Shown one piece after another: positions 11,256 to 24,727 of a stretch of DNA of 64,000 nt (positions are counted from its first letter, which is position 1; each line of letters begins with the position of its first letter). The DNA lies in assembly GCF_963921235.1 (NCBI RefSeq), contig NC_086126.1, positions 12,338,001-12,402,000 on the forward strand. Direction: 5' to 3'. The notes under the pieces were generated by a model, which made no database searches, was not told where the DNA came from, and saw only the letters and a program-made list of their open reading frames with translations. This DNA is from Mobula hypostoma (lineage: Eukaryota). A program made the position numbers and the translations under genes.

Positions 11256-12000
11256 GTTGCTGGTGAACGCAGCAGGCCAGGCAGCATCTCTAGGAAGAGG
11301 TACAGTCGACTTTTCGGGCCGAGACTCTTCGTCAGGACTAACTGAAGGAAGAGCTAGTAAGAGGTTTGAAAGTGGGAGGGGCAGGGGGAGATCCAAAATG
11401 ATAGGAGAAAACAGGAGGGGGAGGCATGGAGCCAAGAGCTGGACAGGTGATTTGCAAAAGGGATATCAGAGGATCATAACATCTCCCAATGGCCACACAT
11501 TTTAATTCCACATCCCATTCCCATTCTGATATGTCTATCCACGGCCTCCTCTACTGTAAAGATGACGCCACACTCACGTTAGAGGAACAACACCTTATAC
11601 TCCGTCTGGGTAGCCTCCAACCTGATGGCATTGACACTGACTTCTGTAATTTCCGCTAATGCCCCACCTACCACTCGTACCCCATCCGTTATTTATTTAT
11701 ATACACACATTCTTTCTCTCTCTCTCCTTTTTCTCCCTCTGACTATATCTCTTGCCCATCCTCTTCTGGGTCCCACCCAATTCCTTCTCCCTGGGCCTCC
11801 TGTCCCATGATCCTCTCATATTCCTTTTGCCAATCACCTGTCCAGCTCTTGGCTCCATCCCTCCCCTCCTGTCTTCTCCTATGATTTTGGATCTCCCACT
11901 CTCCCTCCCACTTTCAAATCTCTTACCAGCTCTTCCTTCAGTTAGTCCTGACGAAGGGTCTCGGCCCGAAACGTCACCAGCAACTTTGATGTGTGTGTAT
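11256..12000. mobile_element. Inverted PLE-end pair in the B1 3' UTR, with hammerhead core at about 11944-11975
   Basis: Same structure as 1670-2470; AATAAA follows at 12027. Confidence 0.75.
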
Positions 12001-12502
12001 ATATATATATATAGATATTCTTGCGCAATAAAGCTTTTGCATTCTGAGTCTGCCTCTGCTTGCCATGTTAACAGGGTAACTACGTGAATGAGGTCTGCCC
12101 AGCACTGACCACCACGGACAGTAGTGAGCTCGGCGATCGCGGTTAGACCCTGCACCTTGATCGGAGCGACGGGTCTCAGTCAGCGGTGCAATTTCAAACG
12201 TGGCTGGCGTGTCTAACAATAGAGCGCCGAACTTTCAGAAGGGTGATGAGTAATTTCTTTACCCAGAGCGATTCTTTAGAATTCTTTGCCACAACCAGCT
12301 GTGGAGGCCAAGTCTTTATGTTTATTTAAGGCAGAGATTGATAGATTCTTGATTGGTCAGGGCAGGAAGGGATGGGGTGATGAGCGGAAGGAGGTAGGAG
12401 ATTGGGGGCCGATAGGGAAAATGGATGAAATGACGCAGCAGACTCGAAGGCCTAATTTTGCTCCTATATCTTATGGTCTTAAACTATATTCATCAAGGAA
12501 AT

Positions 12503-13265
12503 AACGGTCTGCATCACAGCCTGGCATGGGAACACCAGCACCTTCGAGTGGAAAATCCCGCAAAATGTAGCGGATTCAGCCCAGTACATCACGGGTAAAG
12601 CCCTCCCCACCATTGAACACTACTACATGAAACATTGCCATCGTAGAAAAGCAGCATCCATCATCAAAGACCCGCACCACCCAGGCCCTGCTCTCTTCTC
12701 GCTGCTGTCATCAGGTAGAAGGAACAGGAGCCTCAGGACTCGCACCACCAGGTTCAGGAATAGTTACCCCCCCCCCCCAACCATCAGGCACTTGAACAAA
12801 AGGGGATAACTACACTCATCCATTGAGGTGTCCCCACAACCAGTGATCTCACTTTAAGGACTCTTTATCTCATGTTCTCGTTATTTATTGATATTTGATT
12901 TGCACAATTTGTTATCTTCTGGACTCTGGTTGATCTTTCATTGATCCTGTTTACAGTTACCATTCTATAGATTTGCTGAATATGCCCGCAGGAAAATGAA
13001 TCTCAGGGTTGTATGTCGTGACCCTGATAATAAATTTCACTTTAGCTTTGACTACTGCTTATAAAATGTCTGTACACTCAATGGCCACTACGTCAGGTGC
13101 CTCCTGTATCTGAAAGAATGTATGTTCATGATCTTCTGCTGTAGTCCGTCCACTTCAAGGTTCGACATGTTGTGTGTTCAGAGATGCTCTTCCGCACACC
13201 ACTGTTGTAACGGGTGGTTATTTGCGTTTCTGTCAGCTTGAACCAGTCTGGCCGTTCTCCTCTTT
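12503..13265. mobile_element. Rex1/Babar 3' fragment (+, about 12503-13040) followed by Tc1 remnant (-, about 13072-13265)
   Basis: KAASIIKDPHHPG..LFSLLSSGRR motif, then TACACTCAATGGCCAC terminus. Marks the start of a duplication unit. Confidence 0.7.
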
Positions 13266-13819
13266 TAACAAGAACGAAGTTGCCAGTGACACACTGAATG
13301 AAGCTGGTGGATACAGAACAGTTTTATCCAACAAAATGAGACACTCTCGGAGGAAGAGGCCTCCCGACCCAATATTCTGTGACATTTTTATATGCCAAAG
13401 ATCAAAGGCAAGAGCAGGACAATTCTACACTTACAATGTATGTACAGTGCTTCCATTAGATTACATGTACTTTTCAATCACCTCCCTGTTAATCAGCATT
13501 GTCCGGTTTGCAATCGACTCCAGCGCAGGGCTCAAGGAGACCTATTGTTCAGGACTGCACTTTCAATTCAATCTACAATCCACGTTTAGGTCTGAAGATT
13601 GGTCGCTGGTGAAATTACTATATGCGATATACCCCAAATCCAGAATACGCCCAACCACTCCAACCACTCATGAGCAAGGTGTTTTTGCCCACTAAACAAC
13701 CACTTACTGGATGTTTTCGTTCTGTTTCTGTGGGATTTTTGCACCTTTCTCTGAAACGAGGAGCGGGGAACGGGAGGGCGTTTTGTGCACAGAATCATTC
13801 AGAACACCAGTGCTAGTCT

Positions 13820-13935
13820 TTGAGAGAGAACATCATTCCTGTCCGACCTACTCTGCAATGGCTTCCTGTATGTTTTGGAATTGATCTTAAAGTTTCCTTC
13901 CTTGTTTTTAAAGTTCTTAATAGTCTGGGATCGAA
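13820..13935 (+). mobile_element. Old L2-like LINE remnant (recurs near 26080, 48995, 57095 and 61435)
   Basis: ENIIPVRPTLQWLPVCFGIDLKVSFLVFKVLNSL resembles the L2 C-terminal pattern HITPVL..LHWLPV..RI.FK.LLL.FKAL. Confidence 0.55.
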
Positions 13936-14069
13936 GTCTATATCAGAGAATGTACATCAAAGGACCATTTTTGTTTTTAATCCCGCTTCAGCTCTCGGGT
14001 CTTCGCCCACTGGTCTGTTAGTATTATTTTACAGTTCTCAGGTCCTCTCTCTTCTCCGTAACTTTCGAT

Positions 14070-14560
14070 TCCCTGGCCCTGACCACCTCATCTTCACCTT
14101 GGATGTTCAGTTTCTCTTCCTCCCTTCCACCTCCACTCCCCCCCCCCCCGCACCAATCAGGAAGGTTTCAAAGAACTTCCACTCCTTCCTTGACAGAAGA
14201 ACCACCCAATCCCACTCCAGCACCACCCTCCTCCGCCTGGCAGACCCGGTCCGCACTCCCCTCTCTCTCTCCGAACCTGAAGAGTAGCCAATGGCACCGG
14301 CACTGGCCCTACCTATGCCTGCCCGTTCATGTCGGCTGCACAGAAATGCCTATGATCGGAGGCTTCCCCGGTTCTATCCCCCAACTCCTCCCTCGCCACA
14401 CTTACGACAGCATCGGCGCCGTTTCATCCACCCACGCTGAGCTCGTCAATTTCATCAACCTCGGATCTAACTTCCACCCGGCCCTTACATTCACTTGGTT
14501 CATCTCTGACACCTCCCTCCCCATTCTTGTTCTCTTTGTCTCTATATACAGTCAACTGAT
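14070..14560 (+). mobile_element. Degenerate PLE reverse transcriptase fragment
   Basis: DSIGAVSSTHAELVNFINLGSNFHPALTFTWFISDTSLP motif. Confidence 0.7.
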
Positions 14561-14603
14561 CAGGTTGACCCCAGGTCAAACGGATACTAACACAGCACTT
14601 TAC

Positions 14604-14614
14604 GTGTGTGTGTG

Positions 14615-14683
<69 letters not shown>

Positions 14684-14684
14684 G
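14604..14684. repeat. Compound (GT)n(GTCT)n microsatellite in a B-type 3' UTR
   Basis: Seen directly; (GT)n tracts occur at the same position in other B copies (2719, 11160, 23168, 37338, 54234, 60005). Confidence 0.9.
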
Positions 14685-15409
14685 TACGTGCACTCTCTCA
14701 CTAACATACATTCCCCGGGCCCCTATCTCTCTTTCTCTCTCACACACACACCACGTTTGAGTTGGAACTCCCGTACAATCTCTCGTCATGGACATCGAGG
14801 GGCCAAGTAACCCGCTCCTGTGCTCGACCGCTGTACGCTCTACGTTCGGTAGTATCTGTGTTTCAACTCACCGGCTCACCAGTTATTACCATAGTTGTGT
14901 AATTAAGCCGCAAATGTATTTTTTTAATTATTCTTGCGCAATAAACTTTTTGCGTTCGGAGTCTGCTGTGTTTGCAATGATAACAGGGTAACTCGGTGAA
15001 TGAGGTCGCCCCAGCACTGACCACCACGGACTATAGTGAGCTCGGTGATCGCGGTTAGACCCTGCACCTTGATCGGAGCGACGGGTCTCAGTCCGCGTGC
15101 AATTTCAAACGTGGCGGGCGTGTCTAACAATAGAGCGCCGAACTTTCAGAAGGGTGGTGAGTAATTTCTTTAGCCAGAGCGATTCTTTGGAATATTTTGC
15201 CAAAGGCGGCTGTGGAGGCTAAGTCTTTATGTTTATTTAAGGCAGGGATTGATAGATTGTTGATTGGTCAGTGCATGAAGGGGTGGGGGGAGGAGAAGGG
15301 GGTAGGAGATTGGGGACTGATAGGGAAAATGGATGAAATGACGGAGCAGACTCGAAGGCCTAAGTTTGCTCCTATTATCTTATGGTCTTAAACTATATTC
15401 ATCAAGGAG

Positions 15410-16192
15410 ATGACTGGCTGCATCACAGCCTGACATGGGAACACCAAAACTTTCGAGTGGAAAATCCCGCAAAAGGTAGCGGATTCAGCCCAGTACATCA
15501 CGGGTAAAGCCCTCCCCACCATTGAGCACATCTACATGAAACTTTGCCATCGTAGAAAAGCAGCATCCATCATCAGAGACCCCCACCACCCAGGCCGTGC
15601 TCTCTTCTCACTGCTGCCATCAGGTAGAAGATACAAGAGCCTCAGGACTCGCACCACCAGCATCAGGAACAGTTACCACCCCTCAACCATCAGGCACTTG
15701 AACAGAAGGGGATAACTGCACTCATCCATTGAGATGTCCCCACAACAAATGATCTCAATTTAAGGACTCCTTATCTCATGTTCTCGTTATTTATTTATAT
15801 TTGCATTTGCAGTTTATTGTCTTCTGCACGCTGGTTAATCTTTCACTGATCCAGTTTACAGTTACTGTTCTATGGATTTGCTGAGTATGCCGGCAGGGAA
15901 ATGAATCTCAGGGTTGTATGTCGATTCCCTGAGAATAACTTTCACGTTAGCTTTGACTACAGCTTATCGAATGTCTTGTACACTCAATGGCCACTACATC
16001 ATGTGCCTCCTGTATCTGAAAATATGACCTCGGAGTGTGTGTTCATGATCTTCTGCTGTTGCCCGTCCACTTCAAGGTTCGACGTGTTGTGTGTTCAGAG
16101 ATGCTCTTCTGCACACCACTGTTGTAATATGCGGTTATTTGAGTTCCTGTTGCCTACCTGTCAGCTTGAATCAGTCTGGCCATTCTCCTCTT
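15410..16192. mobile_element. Rex1/Babar 3' fragment plus Tc1 remnant (unit start)
   Basis: Homologous to 12503-13265. Confidence 0.7.
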
Positions 16193-16209
16193 TTAACAAG
16201 AACAAAGTT

Positions 16210-18410
16210 GTCCTCCTCCCTCGCGGCACTGACAACAACATCGGCGCCGTTTCGTGCACCCACGCTGAGCTCGTCAATTTTATCAACTTTGGCTCTAACT
16301 TCCACCCGGCCCTTACATTCACTTGGTTCATTTCTGACACCACCCCTCCCCTTTCCTGTTCTCTCTGTCTCTGTATACAAACAGTCAACTGATATCTTTC
16401 ATAAACCTGATCCCCATGGTTATCATGACTATAACTCTTCCCAACCGGTCTCCGGGAAAAATATTATTTGCTCTTCCCAGTCTCTTCACCTGCAGGACGA
16501 GGCTTTCCATTCCAGGACATCAGAGATGTCAGCCTTCTTTAAAGAACGGGCCCCCTCCCACCACTATTGATGCTGCTGTCACCCGCATCTCCTCCATTTC
16601 CCGATCATCCACGCTCACACCATGTTCCCACTGCCTTAATAATGATGGGGTCCCTTCTGTTCTTCTCTACCTCTCCATCAGCTCCGCAACCAACACATCA
16701 TCCTCCATAACTTCCACTGCCCCCCCCCACCCCACGAACACTCCACCTTCCACAGGGATCGTTCCCTCCACAATTCCCTTGTCCATTCATCCCTCCCAAC
16801 TAATCTCCTTCCAGGCACTTACCCCTGAAAGTGGTCTAACCTGCCCAGTCACCTCCAATGAGGACCCCAAACTGTCCTTCCAGATGAGGCAGCACTTCAC
16901 CTGCGAGTCTGTTGGAGTCGTCCATTATGTTTGGTGAGCATGACGCAGTCTCATCAACATTGGTGAGACCCATTTTCGGCCGTGGGGGAGTGAAAAAGTG
17001 GAAGAAAGTGTCAAACTCGAATGGGTTGAGATTAGGGGAAAGAGACAAACTCACTGTCCTTGTTCTTGCCATGTGCTTGACGGAATGGAGTCCGCCATTT
17101 TGTGAGGCTGCCCTGCAGCTTCCATCTTGTGAACTGTTCGAGAACTGATTCCTCCTCGGGGGTAAACGAATCAGAGGAATTGAATATTGTGACAATGAGT
17201 TTCTGCTAAACCTGAGAACATTCTAAGATGAGCTGTGTATTGAGTACAATGCCGTTTTGCAGAAGTCGTCTCGTTACCTCCACGCACTGTCTAAGTGACT
17301 TGGATTGAACAAGAATCGAAGGAGACAAGAGAAGCTGTTTAGCTGTCGGACTAGATCCAGTGGGAGGTGTTATCGTACAGTCAGATGACACTGACACTGA
17401 AAGCAACATTTCAACTGGAATGGAATGAAAAGAAAGCAGAGGCTTCAAATGCATAATAGCGATGACCTCGAAGAGTCATCATCGCAAAGAAGAAAGTGCA
17501 TGCCAGGGACTGGGAGAAGAAGGGTCGATCTTCTGAACAATGGGAGATTCCCGATTGTTGTGATTTGAAGTGGAGGAGTGGTTTGAATGAGTATTGGTTC
17601 ACAGAGAAGATTAGAATTCATGTTTTAAGTTGTTAGCCTGTTACATTGCTGTTCCTGTAGAGGCGAAAAAGTGCAAGATTCGACTAATTACAAGTTACAT
17701 GCTGAGTTTCCCGGCCTGGTTCAGTTGACGAACTGTCAACACCGTAGGAAATTAGGGGGCCACTTCCAGCACCTGCATCACCACCACCCCCGTCTGCCAC
17801 AAGCGGGACTCGCCGTGGCCAAAGCCTTTAGTTCCGATTTCCATTCCCGTTTCCGTTCTGGCGTGTCGGTCCAAGGCCGAAATGTGCCAAAATGAGGTTA
17901 CCCTCTGGGTGGAGAAACAACACTTTATATTCCGTCTCGGAAGCTTCACCACATTGTCATGAATATTAATTTTCTCCTTGTGGTATAAAAACTCTCCTCC
18001 CACCCCACCCCACCCACTTCCTCTTCCCAACTCTGACATTTCACTTCTTATTACCTCCATCAGGGTCCCCTCCTCCTTCCCTTTCCCCTATGGTCCGCTC
18101 TCCTCTCCCCTCTGGTTCCTTCCTCTCTCGCACTCACCCGGTTTCACCTATCACGTTCCAGCTAGCGTCCGTCCCCTCCCTCCAGCTTCTTATCCAGACA
18201 TCTTTTCCCTTCCCTCTCAGTCCTGAAGAAAAGATCTTGGCCCAAAACCTCTCTTTCCATAGTCCTGCCGAAGGGTCTCGGCCCGAAACGTCGATTGTAC
18301 TTTCTTTTCCCCCATACACGCTGCCTGGCCTGCTGAGTTCCTCCAGCATTTTGTGTTTGTGTGCGCGTTGCTTTGGATTTCCAGCATCTGCCCCTTTCAC
18401 GTGTTTGCAA
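16210..18410 (+). mobile_element. Degenerate PLE (RT, interrupted GIY-YIG, 3' end with hammerhead-like motif at 18261-18296)
   Basis: DNNIGAVSCTHAELVNFINFGSNFHPALTFTW; QDEAFHSRTSEMSAFFKER; AGTC-CTGCCGA-AGGGTCTCGGCCC-GAAACGTC-GATT. Confidence 0.7.
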
Positions 18411-18551
18411 TGTCACAAAAAGACGTGGGGCGATTGTGGATTTGGGGGCGGAAGTCCCGCAGAAGGATGACGTGGCCAGAGACGGGGGAGTGACGACGAA
18501 GGGCGGAGGAAAAGACGCCAGCACCTGTTTTTTGCTTTACTGCGGAGGAAG

Positions 18552-20729
18552 ATGGGTCCGGTTCTGGTGGTGTTGGTGTTGATGTTGGGGGCAGCGGTGG
18601 TGGTGACGCCCTGCATGCCGGGCGGCCTCTGCCCGGTGCCCAAAGATGACCCCGGGGTGGTGAACGCGATCCGGGTAGCGGAGGAGGACTTCAACCGCAA
18701 ATCTAAAGACTTCTTTTACAGCGCTGTGTCGAATGTGATATCGGCCCAGACACAGGTGATGGGGAGGGAAATAGGAGGAAGGGGAGTGGAGGGGGGAAGG
18801 GTTAGGGGAGGGAGGAGGGGTGGGACGGTGGGGCGGGGAGGAGAAGGGGAGAGTGAGGAGGGGGAGCCAGGGAAGAGGGAAGGGGAGGGGAGGAGAGATG
18901 GGGAAGGCGGAGATGGGGAGGAAGGGTAGATGGAGCAGGGGGAAGGGGAGGAGAGGGAGAGGGGTGGGGGAGAGAGGCAGGAGGAATGGGAAGTGGGGAG
19001 AAGGGGGAGGGGAGCTGGGGAGCAGAGGGAGATGGGGAGCGAGTGGGGGCAAGTGCGGAATAGATGGTGTGGGCAGAGGAGGGGAAGTGCGGAGGAGAGG
19101 GGGAAGGGGAAGGGTGGGAGGAGGTGTCGGGGTGGTGAGGATGGGGAGCAGAGATGGAGGGGATAAAAGGGGTAGGGGAAAGGGAAGGAGGGGAGGTGAG
19201 TGAGGAGGAAGATAGTGAGGCGGAGAGAGAGAAGCAGAGGGAGGGAGAGTGGGAGGAGGAGTGGTAGCGGGGGAAGATCCGGTGTAGGGGGAAGGGACGG
19301 GCAAAAGCAGGGGAGAGTGGGTAGAAGGGGTTCAGGGAGAGGGCGAGGAAGGATACGGAGAATCTACACAGAGATATGTATAGGTTAAGTCTGTAGGCAA
19401 ATGTCTGTCAGATGGAGTACAATGTTGGTAAACACGAGGTCATCCACTTGGGAAGGGGAAAAGGAAGAGCAGATTATTATTTAAATGGTAAAAGATTGCA
19501 GCATGCTGATGTGACTGGGGACTCGGGAGTGCTTGTGCATGAATCACGAAAGGTTGGTTTGCATGTACAGCGGGCTATCAAGCAGGCAAATGGGAGGTTA
19601 GCCTTCATTGCTAGAGGGATTGAATTCAAGAGCAGGGAGGTTATGCTGCAACTGTACTGGGTACTGGTGAGGCTGCACCTGGAGTACTGCGTGCAGTTCT
19701 GGTCTGCTTGCTTCAGGAAGGATATACTGGCTTTGGAGGTTCACCATGTTGAGACTAGAGAGGAGGGTGTGAGACTATAAGCAGAGATTGAATCGCCTGG
19801 GACTGTACTTGCAGGAATTCAGAAAAATGAGAAGAAATCTTAGAGAAAAATACAATTATGAAAGAGATAGAGGCAGGAAAGTTGTTTCCACTGGTAGGTG
19901 AGACTAGAACTAGGGGACGTAGCCTCAAGATTCGGGGGAGTAGATTTAAGACAGAGATGAGGAGGAACTGCTTTTCCCAGGGAGTGGTGAATCTGTGGAA
20001 TTCTCTGTCCAATGAAGCAATAGAGACTACGTCAGTAAATATACTTAAGACAAGGTTGGATAGATTTTTACATAGTAGGGGAATTAAGGGTTGGGGGGAA
20101 AAGGCAGGTAGGTGGAGATGAGTCCATGGTCAGATCAGTCATGATCTTATTAAATGGCGGAGCAGGCTCGACGGGCCAGATGGCCGACTCCTGCTCTTAT
20201 TTCTTATGACCAGCAGAGTAAAGGTGGTGGGTGTGTGGATATGGGTGACCACTCCTGGCTCGATACACACCGACACCCTGTAGAAATGTTTTGAGGCCTT
20301 TCTGACTGTAAGGTGCTTTTGCAGGTGGTGTTTGTGCTCATGTATCATCTTACCCTGGAGCTGAGAACCACCGTCTGCAAGAAGAGTTCTGTTTCCCGGA
20401 ACTGTCCCTTCCACGAGGATCCTCAGTATGCCAAGGTGAGCGATCAGAGCACTGGTGGTCTCGGGAGAGAGGGGCGGGGGTCCTGTCCCCAGAGACACTG
20501 GAACGTGGTGGGGATTTATCAATCGGCCGGTGTACCGGCGGGAAACTCTTTTAATACTGGCCTCTGCTTTTCCCCGCAGACAATGAACTGTAGATTTATG
20601 GTCTGGGACCAAACGGTGCTCGCTCCCATGCACGTGACTGACTTTTCTTGCTCCAGGACGGCCAAGCGACCGGTCTGTAGGACCCCGGCGGCACACAGCG
20701 TGGCGCGCACCGCTCAGCTGAAGCAATAA
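18552..20729 (+). CDS. Cystatin A2, divergent type-2 cystatin, 154 aa; exons 18552-18755, 20325-20435, 20580-20729
   Basis: Open frame with hydrophobic signal peptide and GT-AG introns. Motifs altered: QVVFV replaces QxVxG and DQTV replaces xxPW. TGA>CGA adds 20 aa. Confidence 0.85.
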
Positions 20730-22754
20730 TTCTGATGACCAGGTCAAATGGATACGAATACAGCACTTTACCACGCCCGGGTCGCCTCGTAATGCAATCT
20801 CCACAACGCACACACAAAAACGCGCGTGTGTACACACTCGCTCACTAATATACATTCCCCGGGCTACTATCCCTCTCTCTCTCATAAGCCATTCACCCCC
20901 GGGGAGAAACAGAGCATTTTGTCCTAGTTCCCCTCACTTAAGGTCGCCTGTGGGAATTCAGAGTTCTGGCGCAAACTCGAAGAAATGGTTGAAATTCACC
21001 AGATGCACCCTAAAGATATACACGTGTTAGTGAAAGCGAAGTGCCCGAGGAAACTGCGGGACAGGATGTCCCGTGGGGTGCAAGTAGTATCTGGATTTCA
21101 ACTCACGGGCTGACCGCTTATTAACATAATTGTATAATTAAGCTGCAAATGTATGTTTTTATGCTTGTGCAATAAAGCTTTTGCATTCTGAGTCTGCCTG
21201 TGTTTGCAATGTTAACAAGGAAACTCGGTGAATTAGGTCAACCCAGCACTGACCACCACGGACTATAGTGCGCTCAGCGATCGTGGTTACACCCAGCATC
21301 TCGATTGGAGCGACGGGTCTCAGTCAATGGTGTAATTTCAAATGTGGCGGGTGGGTGTGAGACCAGAGGACTCGGCATCAGAATACAGGGCCGTCCTTTT
21401 AGGAGGGAGAGCAGTAATTTCTTCAGCCGGAGAGTGGTGAATCTGTGGAATTCGTTGCCACAGGCAAGCCTTTAAGTACGAGAGACAGAGATTGCCTTTA
21501 AGACAGAGATTGATAGATTCTCGAATGGTCAGGGTATGAAGTAACACGGGGAGAAGGCAGGAGATTGAGGGCTGGGAGGGAAAATGATGAAATGGCGGAG
21601 CACATTCGACGGGCCAAATGGCCTAATTCTGCCTTTATATCTCACGGCCTTATAAAGTGTATTCATCACGGAAAATGTACCGTTTCACGATCTAATCAGG
21701 AACACTCTCCAGAGCCTCAACGTCCTTCCTCTCGTGGGGAGTCCAGAACTATCCGCAATACTCCATATCTGAGTTTTATGAAGTCTGTCAATCTAACCGG
21801 GTGACGATTTTTGTCACAGTCAGACATGAAAGTGTTCATTACCTTAACGTCGATAATATCTTCAGCCCCGGTCCTAATGCCCTTCACCTCCTCATCCCAA
21901 ACCGTTACCCACGACTCACTTCTTGCCAAAATCCATTTCATCCTGTCACTTCGCTTCCCGATCTGAACTTACTGTCGGCTGCACTCAGTCACAAACCACC
22001 GGGCCCCGTCAGGCTCGTCAGCGGCGACGATATCCCGACCACACTGCGGTTTCATCCCCGAAGGGAAAAGACGCATTCTTTCCTCTGTCCCCGGCCCACC
22101 TGGCTTCACCTGTCGCCTTTGATCTTATCCTCATTCCCACGACATTCTTTTTATATTCTGGACCCTTCCCTTCCTCTCCAGCCCTGATGAAGTGTCTCGG
22201 CCCGAAACGACGGCTGTTTATTCCTTTCGATAGATGCTGGGTTCCTTCACCATTTTGCGTGTCGATTAGTGAGCGGATTAGTGAGAAGGGGTCGGGTGGA
22301 AGATGGAAGGGAGTTTGGGGAGGAAGGGGGGAAGAGATGGGAGGGAAGGGCGAGCGCTGTGGAGAGGAGGGACGGGTAGGAGTGAAGGAGAGGACGAGTC
22401 GGGGAGCCGGAGGATTGTTGGAGTGTGTGGAGATGTTGAAGGAGGGGGAGCGGTGCTCCCACAGCAGAGCTCCTGTGCAGGGGAGGTGGGGCCGGGGTGG
22501 TGGAGGTTGAACAGCAGAGAGGAGGTGATGGGTGGCCACTCGCCGTGCCCTCCAGCCGGATACATGCGCACCCTTTTATAGAGGTTTGGAGGGGTTTTCC
22601 TCACCAGACTTGTATCAGGAGCCCAGACTGTGGTCCTTCCCCATCGAGCCCAGGCACTGGCTGTGCCGGCACGGCCCTGAAGCCTGGAGCCTGCCACTCG
22701 CCACCATTCCCCAGTGGCCCGGTGTAGGATGTTTACGGTAGGGTGCTCTTCCAT

Positions 22755-23074
22755 GTTGTGGAGCGGATAATTTACCGTGTGTCCCGGGAGCTGAGGACCC
22801 CCACCTGCAAGAAGACTGCGCTTGACTTCCCGGACTGTCCCTTCCACAGGAGTCCACATATGCCAAGGTGATCGAACTGTGCGCTGGTGGTCTCGGGAGA
22901 GAGGGAGGTTTCATTAATCTGTCGGGCTACCGGCGGGGAAACTCTACTGGCTCCAGTTTTTTTTCTCTCTCTCTCTCTGCACAGAGATTCAGCTGTAGAT
23001 TTAAAGTCTGGGACCGCCCGTGGCTCGGGGCCGTGCAGATGATTGAAGAGCAGTGCGTCAGGGTGACAAAGTGA
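22755..23074 (+). pseudogene. Cystatin B2 (exon 2 22755-22867; exon 3 22985-23074)
   Basis: Exon 3 RFSCRFKVWDRPWLGAVQMIEEQCVRVTK* keeps PW; exon 2 acceptor AG>AT and a 1-bp deletion. Confidence 0.8.
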
Positions 23075-23163
23075 CCGGACTGTAGGACCTCTGCGGTGCA
23101 CACAACTCTGCTGAAGCAATACTCCTGTCCCCAGGTCAAACGGATACTAACATAGCACTTTAC

Positions 23164-23198
<35 letters not shown>

Positions 23199-23441
23199 TA
23201 TACTCTCTCGCGAATATACATTCCCCGGGCCACTATCTCTCTTTCTCTCTCACACACACCTACCAAGTTTGAGTTGGAACTCCTGTATAATCGCTCGTCA
23301 TGGACATCGAGGGGACAAGTAACCCGCTTCTGTGCTCGACCGCTGTACGTCCTACGTTCGGTACTATCTGTGTTTCAACTCAACGGCTCACCAGTTATTA
23401 CCATAATTGTATAATTAAGCCGCAAATGTATATATAAGCAT

Positions 23442-24245
23442 GCAAACACGAAGAATTCTGCAGATGCTGGAAATTCAAGCAACACACATCGAAGTTGCTG
23501 GTGAACGCAGCAGGCCAGGCAGAATCTCTAGGAAGAGGTACAGTCGACGTTTCTGGCCGAGACCCTTTGTCAGGACTAACTGTAGGAGGAGCTAGTAAGA
23601 GATTTAAAAGTGGGAGGGGGAGGGGGTAGATCGAAAATGATAGGAGAAGACAGGAGGGGGAGGGATGGAGCCAAGAGCTGGACAGGTGATTTGCAGAAGG
23701 GATATGAGAGGATCATGGCATCTCCCAGTGGCCACACATTTTAATTCCACATCCCACTCCCATTCTGATATGTCTATCCACGGCCTCCTCTGCTGTAAAA
23801 ATGAAGCCACACTCAGGTTGGAGGAACAACACTAATATTCCGTGTGGGTTGCCTCCAACCTGACGGCATGAACATTGACTTCTCTAACTTCCGCTACACA
23901 TTGTTCTCTCTCTCTCCTTTTTCTCCCCCTATCCCTCTGACTATACCCCTTGCCCATCTTCTGGGTTTCCTCCCTTCCGCTTTTCCTTCTCCCTGGGCCT
24001 CCTGTCCCATGTTCCTCTCATATCCCTTTTGCCAATCACCTGTCCAGCTCTTGGCTCCATCCCTCCCCCTCCTGTCTTCTATCATTTTGGATCTCCCCGT
24101 CCCTCGCCCACTTTTAAATCTCTTACTAGCTCTTCCTTCAATTAGTCCTGAAGAAAGGGTCTCGGCCCAAAAGTCGACTGCACCTCTTCCTAGAGATGCT
24201 GTCTGGCCTGCTGCGTTCACCAGCAACTTTGATGTGTGTGTGTGT
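23442..24245. mobile_element. Inverted PLE-end pair in the B2 3' UTR
   Basis: Same architecture as in the other B copies; AATAAA at 24267. Confidence 0.75.
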
Positions 24246-24727
24246 ATATATATATTATTCTTCCACAATAAAGCTTTTGCATTCTGAATCTGCCTGTGTC
24301 TGCAATGTTAACAGGGTAACATTAACAGCACTGACTACCACGGGCTGTAGTGAGCTCGGCGATCGCGGTTAGACCCTGCACCTTGAACGGAGCGACGGGT
24401 CTCAGTCAACGGTGCAATTTCAAGTGTGGCGGGCGTGTCTAACAATAGAGCGCTGACATTTGAAAAGAGTGATGAGTAATCTCTTTAGCCAGAGTGATTC
24501 TTTGAAATTCTTTGCCAGAGGCGGCTTTGGAGGCCAAGTCTTTATGTTTATTTAAGGCAGAGATTGATAGATTTTTGATTGGTCAGGGCAGGAAGGGATG
24601 AGCTGCGGGGGCGAAGGAGGTAGGAGATTGGGGGCTGATAGGAAAAATGGATGAAATGACGCAGCAGACTCGAAGGCCTAATTTTGCTCCTATATCTTAT
24701 GGTCTTAAAACTATATGAATCAAGGAC

